A stretch of DNA of 35,771 bases. Source: a virus (lineage: Duplodnaviria; Caudoviricetes). Under the pieces are notes generated by a model. That model was not told where the DNA came from and made no database searches. It saw only the letters and a list, made by a program, of their open reading frames with translations. The stretch lies in the IMG/VR virus record IMGVR_UViG_3300019765_001106, positions 1 to 35,771 of that record; one strand, given 5' to 3'. This document shows, piece by piece, positions 25,459 to 34,438 of the stretch (within the stretch, counting starts at the first letter, position 1; each line of letters starts with the position of its first letter). Both the position numbers and the translations under genes were made by a program.

Positions 25459-28121
25459 GTCTTCAGGACGACATCATCGCGGGGCTAAAGCGCGAATTCG
25501 GGTTCAAGAAAGAGCGCGGAACCTGGCTGCAAGAGGGCAAATGCCCGCAATGCGGCAAGCGCGAATTGTATTGCGCCGCAAAGGAACCGAAGATCGTTCG
25601 ATGCGGTCGCGCCGATCGATGCGGCTTTGAAGACACCGTTCGCAACGTCTTGCCCGACCTGTTCGAAAACTGGTCTGATCGCTTCCCTTCCAGCGAAGCC
25701 GAGCCCGACGCCGCCGCTAGAGCCTATCTTGCCCACGAGCGCGGCCTAGACCTGCGATTATTGGCAGGAACCTACTCGCAGGAATTTTTCAAGGACAGCG
25801 ACACCGGCCAAACGAGCGCGACCGTTCGCTTTCCGATCGGCAATTCCTATTGGGAACGCATCATCGACCGCCCTGGGCGCTTCAAGAAGAAAGCGCACTT
25901 CAAATATGGCGGCAGCTGGTCGGGTCATTGCTGGACACCGAACGGGCTCGACATCGCGACCCTGGCGAATTCTGATGTAATTTGGATTGCCGAAGGCATC
26001 TTCGACGCGGTCGCGCTTTATCAAGGCGCGAAACTACCGGCGGTTTCGAACATGTCGGTCAATCCCTATCCCGAACACTTCCTGCGCCAGATCGCCGAAC
26101 ATTGCGCCACCGAAGGCATAGCGACCAGGCCGAAGCTTGTCTTCGCCTTCGATGTCGGGGCCGCTGGCGTTTTCTACTCGAAAAAGCACATCAAGCGCGC
26201 ACGGCGCGAAGGATGGGAGGCAACCGCCGCGCAGGTTCGCCCCGATGGCGAAGGGACGAAACTCGACTGGAATGATCTGCTTTTGCGCCAGATCGCGCAC
26301 AAGGGCGACGACGAAACCGCGCCGCTGGGCAAGGCAAAGATTGCCGAATATCTGCACAATGGCGCGATCACCATCGCCGAAAGCGCACGGGTCAAAGCCC
26401 GCCTTATTGTCGACCGCGCAAGGTCGCAAGCGAGGGCGATTTCAAGCTTTGACATGCGCCACGACAACCGAATTTTTTGGGTTCACGTAAAAGAGGACAG
26501 CGACACCGGCGACACGCAAATTCAGCTGGTCGAAATCGCGAATTGCGCCTTTCGCCTCCTGTATCGCGAGCGCGACGAAATCGCCGACGAAACCACCTAT
26601 TTTCTGCAGATCGACTTCCCCGATCGCGCCGCGTCGGTCAAAGCGCGCTTTTCCAGCGCGGCTTGCGCCAATGCGGGCGAATTCAAAAAGCGCCTTATGG
26701 CCTTTGCCGGAATGTGGAGCGGGTCAGGCGAACAGCTTGACCGGCTGATGAAAAACCAAACCCGACGCCTGAAGGTTGTCGAGCCGATAAGCTTCACCGG
26801 CTATTCGCAAGCGCACGGCGCATGGGTCTTCGGCGATCTGGCGGTCGCTGGCGGGCGCGTCCTGAAAGTCAATTCCGAAAACTATTTCGATGTCGGAAGA
26901 AACGCGGTCAAGCTGCGCAGCGCCGAACGGATGCTGCAGATCGACTATGACCCCGACCAGCTGAAATTCGCCTGGCTTGAAGACGTGTGGACCGCCTACG
27001 GCCCGCGCGGCCTGATCGCGCTCGCCTTTTTCGTGATGTCGCTGTTCGCGGTTCAAATTCGCGAGAGGCACAAGTCGTTAGGTTTTCTCGAAATCACCGG
27101 CCCTGAAGGCTCTGGCAAGTCGACCCTGATCGAATTCCTTTGGAAGCTGTTCGGGCGCGTCGGTTACGAAGGATTCGACCCGAACAAGGCCACCCGCGCA
27201 GCGCTCGCGCGGAACATGGTCAAAGTCTCGAACTTGCCGGTCGGCCTGATCGAAAGCGGGCGCGATGATGGCACACGCGGCGCGCGCCAGTTTGACCCTA
27301 ACGAACTCCTGGTTCTCTACAATGGCCGGTCGCCGCGTTCGCTGGGTAAGAAAACGGGCGGTTACGAAACCGAAGAACCGCCCTTCCTTGGCTCGATATA
27401 CCTGATGCAGAACGAACGCATCGAAGCCATTCCAGCGGTTCTTGCGCGCCTGATGTCCATGGCGATCGACAAGTCACTTTGGGGCCCAGGAACAAAGGAA
27501 GCCGCACAACGCCTTGAAGGCTGGGCGGTCGAAGACACAAGCGGGACGCTGGTTCACATTGTGCGCGCCGAACGCGACTTCCTGCCATTCTTTTTTGAGC
27601 GCTTCGACTATCACGATTCCCACATGGGTAAGCGGGTCGAAGGGCTTACGAACGCTCGCCCTATCAAATGCCATTCGCAGCTTGCCGGCGTGCTCGACTG
27701 CTTGCCCAAGCTTTTCCCTAATTGCCGCGAAGAATGGGTCAGGCAAGCGATCGAAACCGTCGACGCTATGGCGCTTGACCGGCAAAAATCCGTTGGCGGC
27801 GATCACCCGCTGGTCGCCGACTTCTGGGAAAAGGTCGAATTTTTGATCGACCGCGAAGGGTCTGGCGCCCACGCCGAAGGGAAAAGCCTCAACCGCCACC
27901 GCAAGCCCGCCAACTTCATCGCGATTAACCTCCCCGACTTCGAAGCGCGTTGTCGCCACGCGGGGATTTATCCGCCGCCCTTCGACCAGCTGAAAAAGCT
28001 TTTGCGCGGGTCAAAATCGCGCAAATGGATTGCGACAAAGGCGGTCAACCCGCCAACGGGCAAAGCGCAGCAATGCTGGGTTTTTGAGCAACCGCGCGCC
28101 AGCGAAGGGCCGGTTCTGTGA
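25455..28121 (+). CDS. Zinc finger-TOPRIM primase fused to a P-loop helicase/ATPase (phage replication protein)
   Basis: CPQC...C.R...CG zinc finger, TOPRIM WIAEGIFDA..L / FAFD..AG / DWND, and Walker A GPEGSGKST. GTG start 25455. Confidence 0.9.
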   Translation: MSLQDDIIAGLKREFGFKKERGTWLQEGKCPQCGKRELYCAAKEPKIVRCGRADRCGFEDTVRNVLPDLFENWSDRFPSSEAEPDAAARAYLAHERGLDLRLLAGTYSQEFFKDSDTGQTSATVRFPIGNSYWERIIDRPGRFKKKAHFKYGGSWSGHCWTPNGLDIATLANSDVIWIAEGIFDAVALYQGAKLPAVSNMSVNPYPEHFLRQIAEHCATEGIATRPKLVFAFDVGAAGVFYSKKHIKRARREGWEATAAQVRPDGEGTKLDWNDLLLRQIAHKGDDETAPLGKAKIAEYLHNGAITIAESARVKARLIVDRARSQARAISSFDMRHDNRIFWVHVKEDSDTGDTQIQLVEIANCAFRLLYRERDEIADETTYFLQIDFPDRAASVKARFSSAACANAGEFKKRLMAFAGMWSGSGEQLDRLMKNQTRRLKVVEPISFTGYSQAHGAWVFGDLAVAGGRVLKVNSENYFDVGRNAVKLRSAERMLQIDYDPDQLKFAWLEDVWTAYGPRGLIALAFFVMSLFAVQIRERHKSLGFLEITGPEGSGKSTLIEFLWKLFGRVGYEGFDPNKATRAALARNMVKVSNLPVGLIESGRDDGTRGARQFDPNELLVLYNGRSPRSLGKKTGGYETEEPPFLGSIYLMQNERIEAIPAVLARLMSMAIDKSLWGPGTKEAAQRLEGWAVEDTSGTLVHIVRAERDFLPFFFERFDYHDSHMGKRVEGLTNARPIKCHSQLAGVLDCLPKLFPNCREEWVRQAIETVDAMALDRQKSVGGDHPLVADFWEKVEFLIDREGSGAHAEGKSLNRHRKPANFIAINLPDFEARCRHAGIYPPPFDQLKKLLRGSKSRKWIATKAVNPPTGKAQQCWVFEQPRASEGPVL

Positions 28122-28630
28122 CCCGCGCCGCTGTCGTCAATATGACCCCGCCCGCGATTGTAAGGCGCCGCTGGCCCGCCGAAGGTTCGCCCGCGATTCT
28201 AAGCCCCGAACCGCCGGTCTCCGCGTTCGATTTCGCCCGTCTTTCCGCGATGGCGGCGCGCCTCCTGCGCGACCGGCGCGCCCGCTTCCCCGACGAAGTC
28301 GCCGCCGGTCGCATGTCGCAAGAAGACGCCGACCGCGAACTTCTCGCCTTCGACTATCTGGCCGCGAACTGGCGCTTCATTGCGGCGGGCGATGGAAAGC
28401 CCGCTGGGCACGCCGCCGACCATGTTCTGCGCGATGCGCTCGACGAATCCATCCTGCGCATCATCGATCACATCGAAGTCGACACCGAAATCGAAGGAAC
28501 CCTTGGTGCCAGCGCCGAAGCGATCATCGCGCTGCGCTGGCACTTGGAACCTGGGCGCGAAACCCTCGCGTTCGCCAGATCAAAGCACCTGCAGACAAAC
28601 GAAAGGAAGCTGCGAAATGCTAAAGCCTGA
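28118..28630 (+). CDS. Hypothetical phage protein
   Basis: 170-aa ORF translationally coupled to the primase; R..RFP..VAAGRM..E.AD.E motif. Confidence 0.7.
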   Translation: MTRAAVVNMTPPAIVRRRWPAEGSPAILSPEPPVSAFDFARLSAMAARLLRDRRARFPDEVAAGRMSQEDADRELLAFDYLAANWRFIAAGDGKPAGHAADHVLRDALDESILRIIDHIEVDTEIEGTLGASAEAIIALRWHLEPGRETLAFARSKHLQTNERKLRNAKA

Positions 28631-28808
28631 CCGTTCAATTCACCCCGAAGGCTGCGCTTGCCGCCGCTGTCGATCGCCGCGACATGTCGGTTCGATGCGA
28701 GCGGCGAAGGGCGCGCAATGGCGTTTGCACCCGATCGCGCTCGCGGGGCTTGCCTGTCTGCTTTTCTGGGCCGCTGTCGCCGCTTGCATCTGGGGGGCGG
28801 CGCAATGA
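28617..28808 (+). CDS. Small protein with HxxxCxCxxC and a C-terminal TM segment
   Basis: MLKPDRSIHPEGCACRRCRSPR...IALAGLACLLFWAAVAACIWG; AAAGGAA RBS; ATGA overlap with the next gene. Confidence 0.6.
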   Translation: MLKPDRSIHPEGCACRRCRSPRHVGSMRAAKGAQWRLHPIALAGLACLLFWAAVAACIWGAAQ

Positions 28809-29572
28809 CTTTCGCCCAGCCCTTCACCTTCATTTGCGACGACTGCGACACCGAATGTCGCAACACCGTTGCCGCCTTGCCGCATGGCTGGACCCGCAAA
28901 GGCGACCGCGTCATTTGCGCAAGCTGTTCGCCAGTCGAGCGCCCGCCGGTTGCAAGCTATGCGCCCGCGCGGGTCAGCGATCGCTGCGAAACCGCTATCC
29001 CGCTTTTATCGGGCGCAAGGCTGGACCTGGCCGACCCCGATTGCAGCGTCATCGCGCTGATCGACATCGCCGCCGGCCTTCGACAGCCCCGCTTCACCGC
29101 GCAAACCCGCGACTTTTACACCATCGCGCAGCACTCGCTTCTAGTGTTGCGCCTGGTCGGCCCGATCGCGCGCAAGATCGGCGGGCAAAAGGGGCTGCAG
29201 CTTCGCCGCTGCGCTTTGATGCACGACGCCGCCGAAGCCTTCATTCACGACATTACCACCCCGCTAAAGCGCCAGCTGGCCGACTATCGCGCGATCGAAG
29301 CGCGCCTTGAAACAAGGCTTCAGCGCCGCTTCGGTTTCGAATTCACCCCTTACCGGCGCGACGCGGTCAAGCTGGCCGACCTGCAAGCCCTCGCGATCGA
29401 ACAGCGCGACTTGCTGGGCCGCGAAGACCCCTGGCCGATTCTCGACCGCATCGACCGCGATCAGCTGCGCAGCGTCAAGATCACCCGCGTTTGGAGCGTC
29501 GACGAAGCGCAAGGGCGCTTTCTCGAAGCCTTCGAAGACCTTTTTCCCACAACCGAAAGGAACGCCGCATGA
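28805..29572 (+). CDS. HD-domain phosphohydrolase (YfbR/YfdR-like) with an N-terminal zinc ribbon
   Basis: DIA..L...RF, FY.IAQHS..V, ALMHDAAEAF..DI..PLK and VK.AD..AL..E.RDL; CDDC...CASC at the N-terminus. Confidence 0.88.
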   Translation: MTFAQPFTFICDDCDTECRNTVAALPHGWTRKGDRVICASCSPVERPPVASYAPARVSDRCETAIPLLSGARLDLADPDCSVIALIDIAAGLRQPRFTAQTRDFYTIAQHSLLVLRLVGPIARKIGGQKGLQLRRCALMHDAAEAFIHDITTPLKRQLADYRAIEARLETRLQRRFGFEFTPYRRDAVKLADLQALAIEQRDLLGREDPWPILDRIDRDQLRSVKITRVWSVDEAQGRFLEAFEDLFPTTERNAA

Positions 29573-30132
29573 CCGTTTACACCACCACTTTCGAAATCGT
29601 CGGCGAAGGCCGCGACCTCGCCGACGATTTTCAATACGAACTCGATTCTGCGAAGAGGGCTCACTTTGCTTTCGTCAATAAGGTTGGCGGCAAAGGCTAT
29701 TGCCCTTGCCCCTATAGCGGCTTGCTCAGGTCGGTTCTTTTCGAAGGCGAACTTCCGCCAGGATGGAAGAAGATCGGGATGCAGGGCGGGCGCACAAATG
29801 CGAACCCGAAAGTTTCGACGAAAATCGGAAAGGCTTTGCGGCAGGAAATCGAAAAACTGCCAAAAAGACCGGATGCGAGCAAGCTTGCGGCCGACTTGGG
29901 ATATGGACCGGATGTGTTGGCGATCGATGCCAGGGGCGTGTTTTTCCCTACACAGCTGCGCGTCGAACACCCTGAAACCCGACATTTTCTGCGCCTACCG
30001 CTGACTAAGGAAATGGACTTCGAACCTGCCCCCGCAATGCTTAGGGCAATCCCCGAAAACGAACTTTTGAAAGCGGTCGAAGAACATAACGCAGCCGCCA
30101 AACGCGAGCGCGAAGCGAAGGCGCAACAATGA
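29569..30132 (+). CDS. Hypothetical phage protein
   Basis: AAAGGAA RBS and ATGA coupling at both ends. Confidence 0.7.
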   Translation: MTVYTTTFEIVGEGRDLADDFQYELDSAKRAHFAFVNKVGGKGYCPCPYSGLLRSVLFEGELPPGWKKIGMQGGRTNANPKVSTKIGKALRQEIEKLPKRPDASKLAADLGYGPDVLAIDARGVFFPTQLRVEHPETRHFLRLPLTKEMDFEPAPAMLRAIPENELLKAVEEHNAAAKREREAKAQQ

Positions 30133-30284
30133 ACGCCCCCGCCACTATCCCGCCGCGCGGTCGCGCGCGAGCGAAGCACCTGATCGCTTTCGCCGCCCGC
30201 CGCCCTTTGACCGAGCGCGAAACCGACGAATTCGAAGATCTGAAATTTCGCCTTTTCCTGGCGAACCAACGAAAGGCGCGATGA
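30129..30284 (+). CDS. 51-aa hypothetical protein (not in the ORF track)
   Basis: Hand translation: MNAPATIPPRGRARAKHLIAFAARRPLTERETDEFEDLKFRLFLANQRKAR. ATGA overlaps at both ends. Confidence 0.55.
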   Translation: MNAPATIPPRGRARAKHLIAFAARRPLTERETDEFEDLKFRLFLANQRKAR

Positions 30285-30649
30285 TGAAATCCAACGCATT
30301 TCACCCGCTGGCAAGCCCGCTTGCGAACGCAATGGCCGCTGCAAGGGCAAAAGCGCCCCTTCACCCTTCGGTTGTCAATGTATCGGTCAGGCTCGACGAC
30401 GCCCGCGCCTTCCGAGCGGTGATCGCCGAACGCGAAGCGATGATTGAACGCGGCCAATTTGAAGGGCTGGCTAAACGCGAGCGCGAACGCGCCATGATCG
30501 ACCAGATCGCGGGCCGCGCGCTCGACGCGCTGGTCGAAATCAAAAGCACCAACCCCGACCGCGAACGGGTCGCCGCAAACCTGCAAAGCTGCGCAGCCAC
30601 CGCGATCGCCGCGCTGTCGAAACTGAAAACCGAAGGGGGCGCGAAATGA
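30281..30649 (+). CDS. Hypothetical phage protein
   Basis: 122-aa helical ORF with ATGA coupling at both ends. Confidence 0.65.
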   Translation: MMKSNAFHPLASPLANAMAAARAKAPLHPSVVNVSVRLDDARAFRAVIAEREAMIERGQFEGLAKRERERAMIDQIAGRALDALVEIKSTNPDRERVAANLQSCAATAIAALSKLKTEGGAK

Positions 30650-30858
30650 CCAGCAAGTCACGAACGTTAATTGAATGGATAAGAGCGCTCGATGATGTTC
30701 AGGTCATCCGAGTGGACTTTGATTGTGCGGCTTTGCACGAAGTCTGGAATCTTGGCTTAATCGACTTTGTGCCGGTTAAAAGTCGCGAAAACGCTGTTGA
30801 CGCCCGCCTTTCGATGGAAGGAAAGCGATCTGCTACTGTCGCTTGTCTTCGGCAATGA
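30646..30858 (+). CDS. Hypothetical protein
   Basis: 70 aa, lower GC, ATGA coupling at both ends. Confidence 0.55.
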   Translation: MTSKSRTLIEWIRALDDVQVIRVDFDCAALHEVWNLGLIDFVPVKSRENAVDARLSMEGKRSATVACLRQ

Positions 30859-31610
30859 CCGCCGCGAACCTGATCGGCGTCGACCATGCGGCGGGCGATG
30901 ACATCGGCGTCGCGATCATTCGCAACCGCGCGGGCGACATTGTCGCGCGGCTTTACCAGGGCGACGCCTACGCAATCCGCCCGCGCCTTGGCTTCATGGA
31001 TTGCGATGTCATGGACCCGCCCTATTTGCTCAAAACGAGCGGCGGCGGGCGCTATCGCAAAGCCCGCAAAGTCATCGACGAAATCGAAGCGAACGGCATC
31101 GAAAAGGGCTTCGATCTTTCGATCATCAACCCGCTATTGTCGGGCGCGGTTGTCTGCTTTTGCCACAATGACCAGCTGCACGAGCTCTTGCCCGCCCTCG
31201 CCGGTCAGTTTCACCGATACGCGCTGCTAGATTGGACGAAGAAAACCCCGCAACCCGTCGCCAATAAGCACTATCGGCCTGACCGCGAATTTTTCGCCCA
31301 TGCCTGGAACAAAGGGTTTCACCCGCAAGGCGAACTGGCCGACAAGGGGCGATCGATCACCGCTGGCCCCGATCGCGCGCTGAAAAAGCGTTTCGGACAT
31401 CCCACAATCAAGCCGCCCGCTGTCATGGCGAAGATCATGCGCAACGTCGCAGGGGAGCGGATTTGCGACCCCTTCATGGGAACCGGCTCGACCGGCGTCG
31501 CGGCGATCGAAGAGGGAAAGCAATTTTTCGGCATCGAACGCGAACCCCGCTGGTTCGAAGCCGCTGTCACTCGCATCACCGAAGCGGTTAAAGGACTGAG
31601 AAATGAGTAA
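30855..31610 (+). CDS. Second beta-class DNA amino-methyltransferase
   Basis: LYQGDA, MDPPY, W.K..P.P, HPTIKP, DPFMGTGSTGVAA and F.GIE. Confidence 0.9.
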   Translation: MTAANLIGVDHAAGDDIGVAIIRNRAGDIVARLYQGDAYAIRPRLGFMDCDVMDPPYLLKTSGGGRYRKARKVIDEIEANGIEKGFDLSIINPLLSGAVVCFCHNDQLHELLPALAGQFHRYALLDWTKKTPQPVANKHYRPDREFFAHAWNKGFHPQGELADKGRSITAGPDRALKKRFGHPTIKPPAVMAKIMRNVAGERICDPFMGTGSTGVAAIEEGKQFFGIEREPRWFEAAVTRITEAVKGLRNE

Positions 31611-32646
31611 GATCGAATGGACGGGCGAAAGCTGGAACCCGATTGTCGGATGCTCTTTGGAGTCCCCTGGCTGCAAAAGTTGCTATGCGATGACGCTGGC
31701 CGCACGGCTCGCCCTGATGGGAACTGCACCGGTCTATGAAGGACTGACAGAAAACACGAAGACTGGCGCTGTCTGGACTGGCAGGCTGGCATTTAGCGAA
31801 ACCGCCCTGTTGAAACCGCTGAAGCGCCATAAGCCACAAACCTATTTTGTGAATTCGATGGGCGATTTGTTCCACGAAGACTGCCCCGATGAATGGATTG
31901 ATCAGGTCTTCGCGACCATGGCGCTTTCGCCGCAGCACACGTTCCAAGTTCTCACAAAGCGCGCCACCAGGATGCGCAATTATTTCGAGCGATGCAGATG
32001 GCACAAATGGGCGGCAATCGGGCGCGCTATGGATGCCAACCGCTGGGCAAACCTGCCGAAAATCTACGGCGGTGATCGAACACCGATGCCAAACGTCTGG
32101 CTAGGCGTTTCAGTGGAAGATCAGCAACGGGCCGATAATCGAATTCCTGACTTGCTCGCGACCCCTGCAGCGGTGCGCTGGATTAGCGCAGAGCCCTTGA
32201 TAGGACCAATCAATCTAAGAACTCTGCATTATGATGGATTCACCAACATCGACGCCCTTGCCGGTCGGCACGGCCTAACCTTCGGACACGATTGCCAGAA
32301 GCTCGACTGGGTAGTCGTCGGCGGCGAAAGCGGCAAGCGCGCCCGCCCGATGCATCCGGATTGGGCGCGCAGCCTGCGCGAACAATGCGCAGCGACCGAT
32401 GTCCCTTTCTTCTTCAAACAATGGGGCGCTTGGAAGCCTGTTTTGGACCGGGACAACGAAGACCCTGATTGGCGGCAGGGCGCTCTCTATAGGCGCGCGA
32501 AAAGCGCTGCTGCGGTTCGCATTCTTAATATCGAAGGCGGGCATGGTTTCCACGGCGATAGGGTTCATGTCGTTCAGCGGGTCGGCAAAAAAAGCGCAGG
32601 ACGCACGCTCGATGGCGTCGAATTCGATGGAATGCCGAAGGCTTGA
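31603..32646 (+). CDS. Phage Gp37/Gp68 (DUF5131) radical-SAM-like protein
   Basis: SKIEWT..SWNP..GC...SPGC..CYA, FVNSMGDLFHE, HTFQVLTKR, NVWLGVSVEDQ, DWVVVGGESG..ARPMHPDW and PFFFKQWG. Confidence 0.92.
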   Translation: MSKIEWTGESWNPIVGCSLESPGCKSCYAMTLAARLALMGTAPVYEGLTENTKTGAVWTGRLAFSETALLKPLKRHKPQTYFVNSMGDLFHEDCPDEWIDQVFATMALSPQHTFQVLTKRATRMRNYFERCRWHKWAAIGRAMDANRWANLPKIYGGDRTPMPNVWLGVSVEDQQRADNRIPDLLATPAAVRWISAEPLIGPINLRTLHYDGFTNIDALAGRHGLTFGHDCQKLDWVVVGGESGKRARPMHPDWARSLREQCAATDVPFFFKQWGAWKPVLDRDNEDPDWRQGALYRRAKSAAAVRILNIEGGHGFHGDRVHVVQRVGKKSAGRTLDGVEFDGMPKA

Positions 32647-32801
32647 CCGAACCCGCGCGCCTTTCCCAAGTCACATCCAGCGACATTGATCAAACACCAG
32701 CGCGCCAAGAAGCGATCGATTTGGCTCGGTATTTGGCAAGGCGGCGGGTTCGCGCCATGATGGTTGACCAGATCAACGATTCGGCGCCCCGCAAAAAATG
32801 A
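32643..32801 (+). CDS. 52-aa basic peptide coupled to the recombinase (not in the ORF track)
   Basis: TTG start overlaps the DUF5131 stop and TGA overlaps the recombinase ATG. Translation: MTEPARLSQVTSSDIDQTPARQEAIDLARYLARRRVRAMMVDQINDSAPRKK. Confidence 0.5.
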   Translation: MTEPARLSQVTSSDIDQTPARQEAIDLARYLARRRVRAMMVDQINDSAPRKK

Positions 32802-34438
32802 CCGATTGCATCCTTTACGCGCGATATTCCACCGCGCTTCAGTCTCAAGAATCCGTCGAAGACCAGCTGCGCCTTTTGCGCGAGCGCGCGACCCGCGAAG
32901 GCTGGCGCATCATCGGCGAACAAGCCGACCCTGCAGTCAGCGGGACAATTCGCGACCGGCCTGGGCTGATCGAAGCGATGACCGCGATCGAACGCGGCGA
33001 AGCCGATGTCTTGCTGTCCGAAAGCCTCGACCGGATAAGCCGCGACCAGGAAGACCTGGCCGCGATATTCAAGCGGGTTCGCTTCAATGGCTCGCGCATC
33101 GTCACACTGTCCGAAGGCGAAGTCGGTTCGATGCACATCGGGCTTGGCGGGACCATGTCGGCGCTTTTCCTCGAACAGCTGGCCGCAAAGGTCAGGCGCG
33201 GCCATGTCGGGCGCGTCAAGGCGGGCCGCGTCCCTGGCGGGCTTTCCTATGGCTACCGCAAGGTTTTCGCTTTTCGCGAGGATGGCGAGCCCGAAAGGGG
33301 GCTTCGCGAAATCGACGAAGGGCAAGCGCCCGTAATCCGACGCATTTTCGAAAGCTACGCCAAGGGCAAAGGCGCAAAGGCAATTGCGCAGGAATTGAAC
33401 CGCGAAGGCATCCCAAGCCCGCGCGGCGGGCTCTGGCGGGCGAACGCTATCAGCGGCAACAGGAAGCGCGGCAATGGCATATTGCACAACCGGCTTTACG
33501 CGGGCGAAATCGTTTACAATCGACAAGCCTTTCGAAAAGACCCCGACACCCGCAAGCGCGTTTCAAGGCCGAATGAACAGGGCGATCATGTCGTCCAGGA
33601 AGTGCCCGAACTTCGCATCATCGACGCCGACCTTTGGGAGAAAGTGCAAACCCGCATCGCCGAAGCCGCGCGCGCCTCTGGCGGCGCGAGACGCAAAAAG
33701 CGGCTTTTCTCTGGCAAGCTGCGCTGCGCATGTTGCGGCGGGCCGGTTGTCATAATCTCGACCGACCGCTGGGGCTGCAGCGCGGCGCGTCAAACGGGAA
33801 CTTGCGACAACCGCGCCACAATCACCGACGAAGCGCTGCAGCGCCGCGTATGGGCCGCTATCAGGCGCGATCTATTGCACCCCGATGTAGTCGGCGCCTA
33901 TCTCGACGAATTCCGCCTGGCATGGGCCGACGAACGTCGAAGGCTTATTGCGGGCCGCGCGGACATCGATCGCCAGCTGGCCGAAATCGACCAGGCCGAA
34001 GACCGCATCGCCGAAGCCATCATCGCGGGCATCGCGCCCGACCGGCTGAAGGCGAAGGCCGACGAACTGGCCGCGCGCCGCGCCGATCTGACCAGCGCGC
34101 AAAACGAACTGCCTGAAATCGAACCGATGGTCGCGCATCCCGCCATAATCGACGACTATCGCGCCCAGGTCGAAATAATGGCCCAGATCGCCAACGGCGA
34201 CGCGGCAACAATCGCCGAAGCGCGCCCGCTGCTCGACCGCCTTGTCGACCACATCGAAGCGCGCCCGCGCGCGGACGGAAAGCAAGGGCTCGACCTGATC
34301 TTGCACGGCGAACTCGCTACCATCCTAGGCTTCAGCAACCCCGAAAACACAAACCCCGCCGACCCCAAGGCTGGCGGCGACTGTATGCTGGCGCTGGTTG
34401 CGGGAGTTGGATTTGAACCAACGACCTTCAGGTTATGA
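32798..34438 (+). CDS. Large serine recombinase (prophage integrase)
   Basis: YARYS catalytic Ser, ESLDRISRD, YGY, recombinase domain (IA..LN.EGIPSPRGG.W, IL.N.LY.G), zinc ribbon CACCGG...C...C and coiled coil. Confidence 0.95.
   Translation: MTDCILYARYSTALQSQESVEDQLRLLRERATREGWRIIGEQADPAVSGTIRDRPGLIEAMTAIERGEADVLLSESLDRISRDQEDLAAIFKRVRFNGSRIVTLSEGEVGSMHIGLGGTMSALFLEQLAAKVRRGHVGRVKAGRVPGGLSYGYRKVFAFREDGEPERGLREIDEGQAPVIRRIFESYAKGKGAKAIAQELNREGIPSPRGGLWRANAISGNRKRGNGILHNRLYAGEIVYNRQAFRKDPDTRKRVSRPNEQGDHVVQEVPELRIIDADLWEKVQTRIAEAARASGGARRKKRLFSGKLRCACCGGPVVIISTDRWGCSAARQTGTCDNRATITDEALQRRVWAAIRRDLLHPDVVGAYLDEFRLAWADERRRLIAGRADIDRQLAEIDQAEDRIAEAIIAGIAPDRLKAKADELAARRADLTSAQNELPEIEPMVAHPAIIDDYRAQVEIMAQIANGDAATIAEARPLLDRLVDHIEARPRADGKQGLDLILHGELATILGFSNPENTNPADPKAGGDCMLALVAGVGFEPTTFRL
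34344..34377 (-). terminator. Putative intrinsic terminator just 3' of the tRNA fragment
   Basis: Minus strand CCGCCAGCC-TTGG-GGTCGGCGG (imperfect stem) followed by GGTTTGTGTTTT. Confidence 0.45.

Noticed and set aside
25389-28121. P2 gpA rolling-circle initiator
   Set aside because: The motifs are zinc finger, TOPRIM and Walker A, not an HUH endonuclease.
28805-29572. HD protein as DatZ of a Z-genome (diaminopurine) pathway
   Set aside because: No PurZ, MazZ or dedicated polymerase in the window; the YfbR/YfdR-like call is sufficient.
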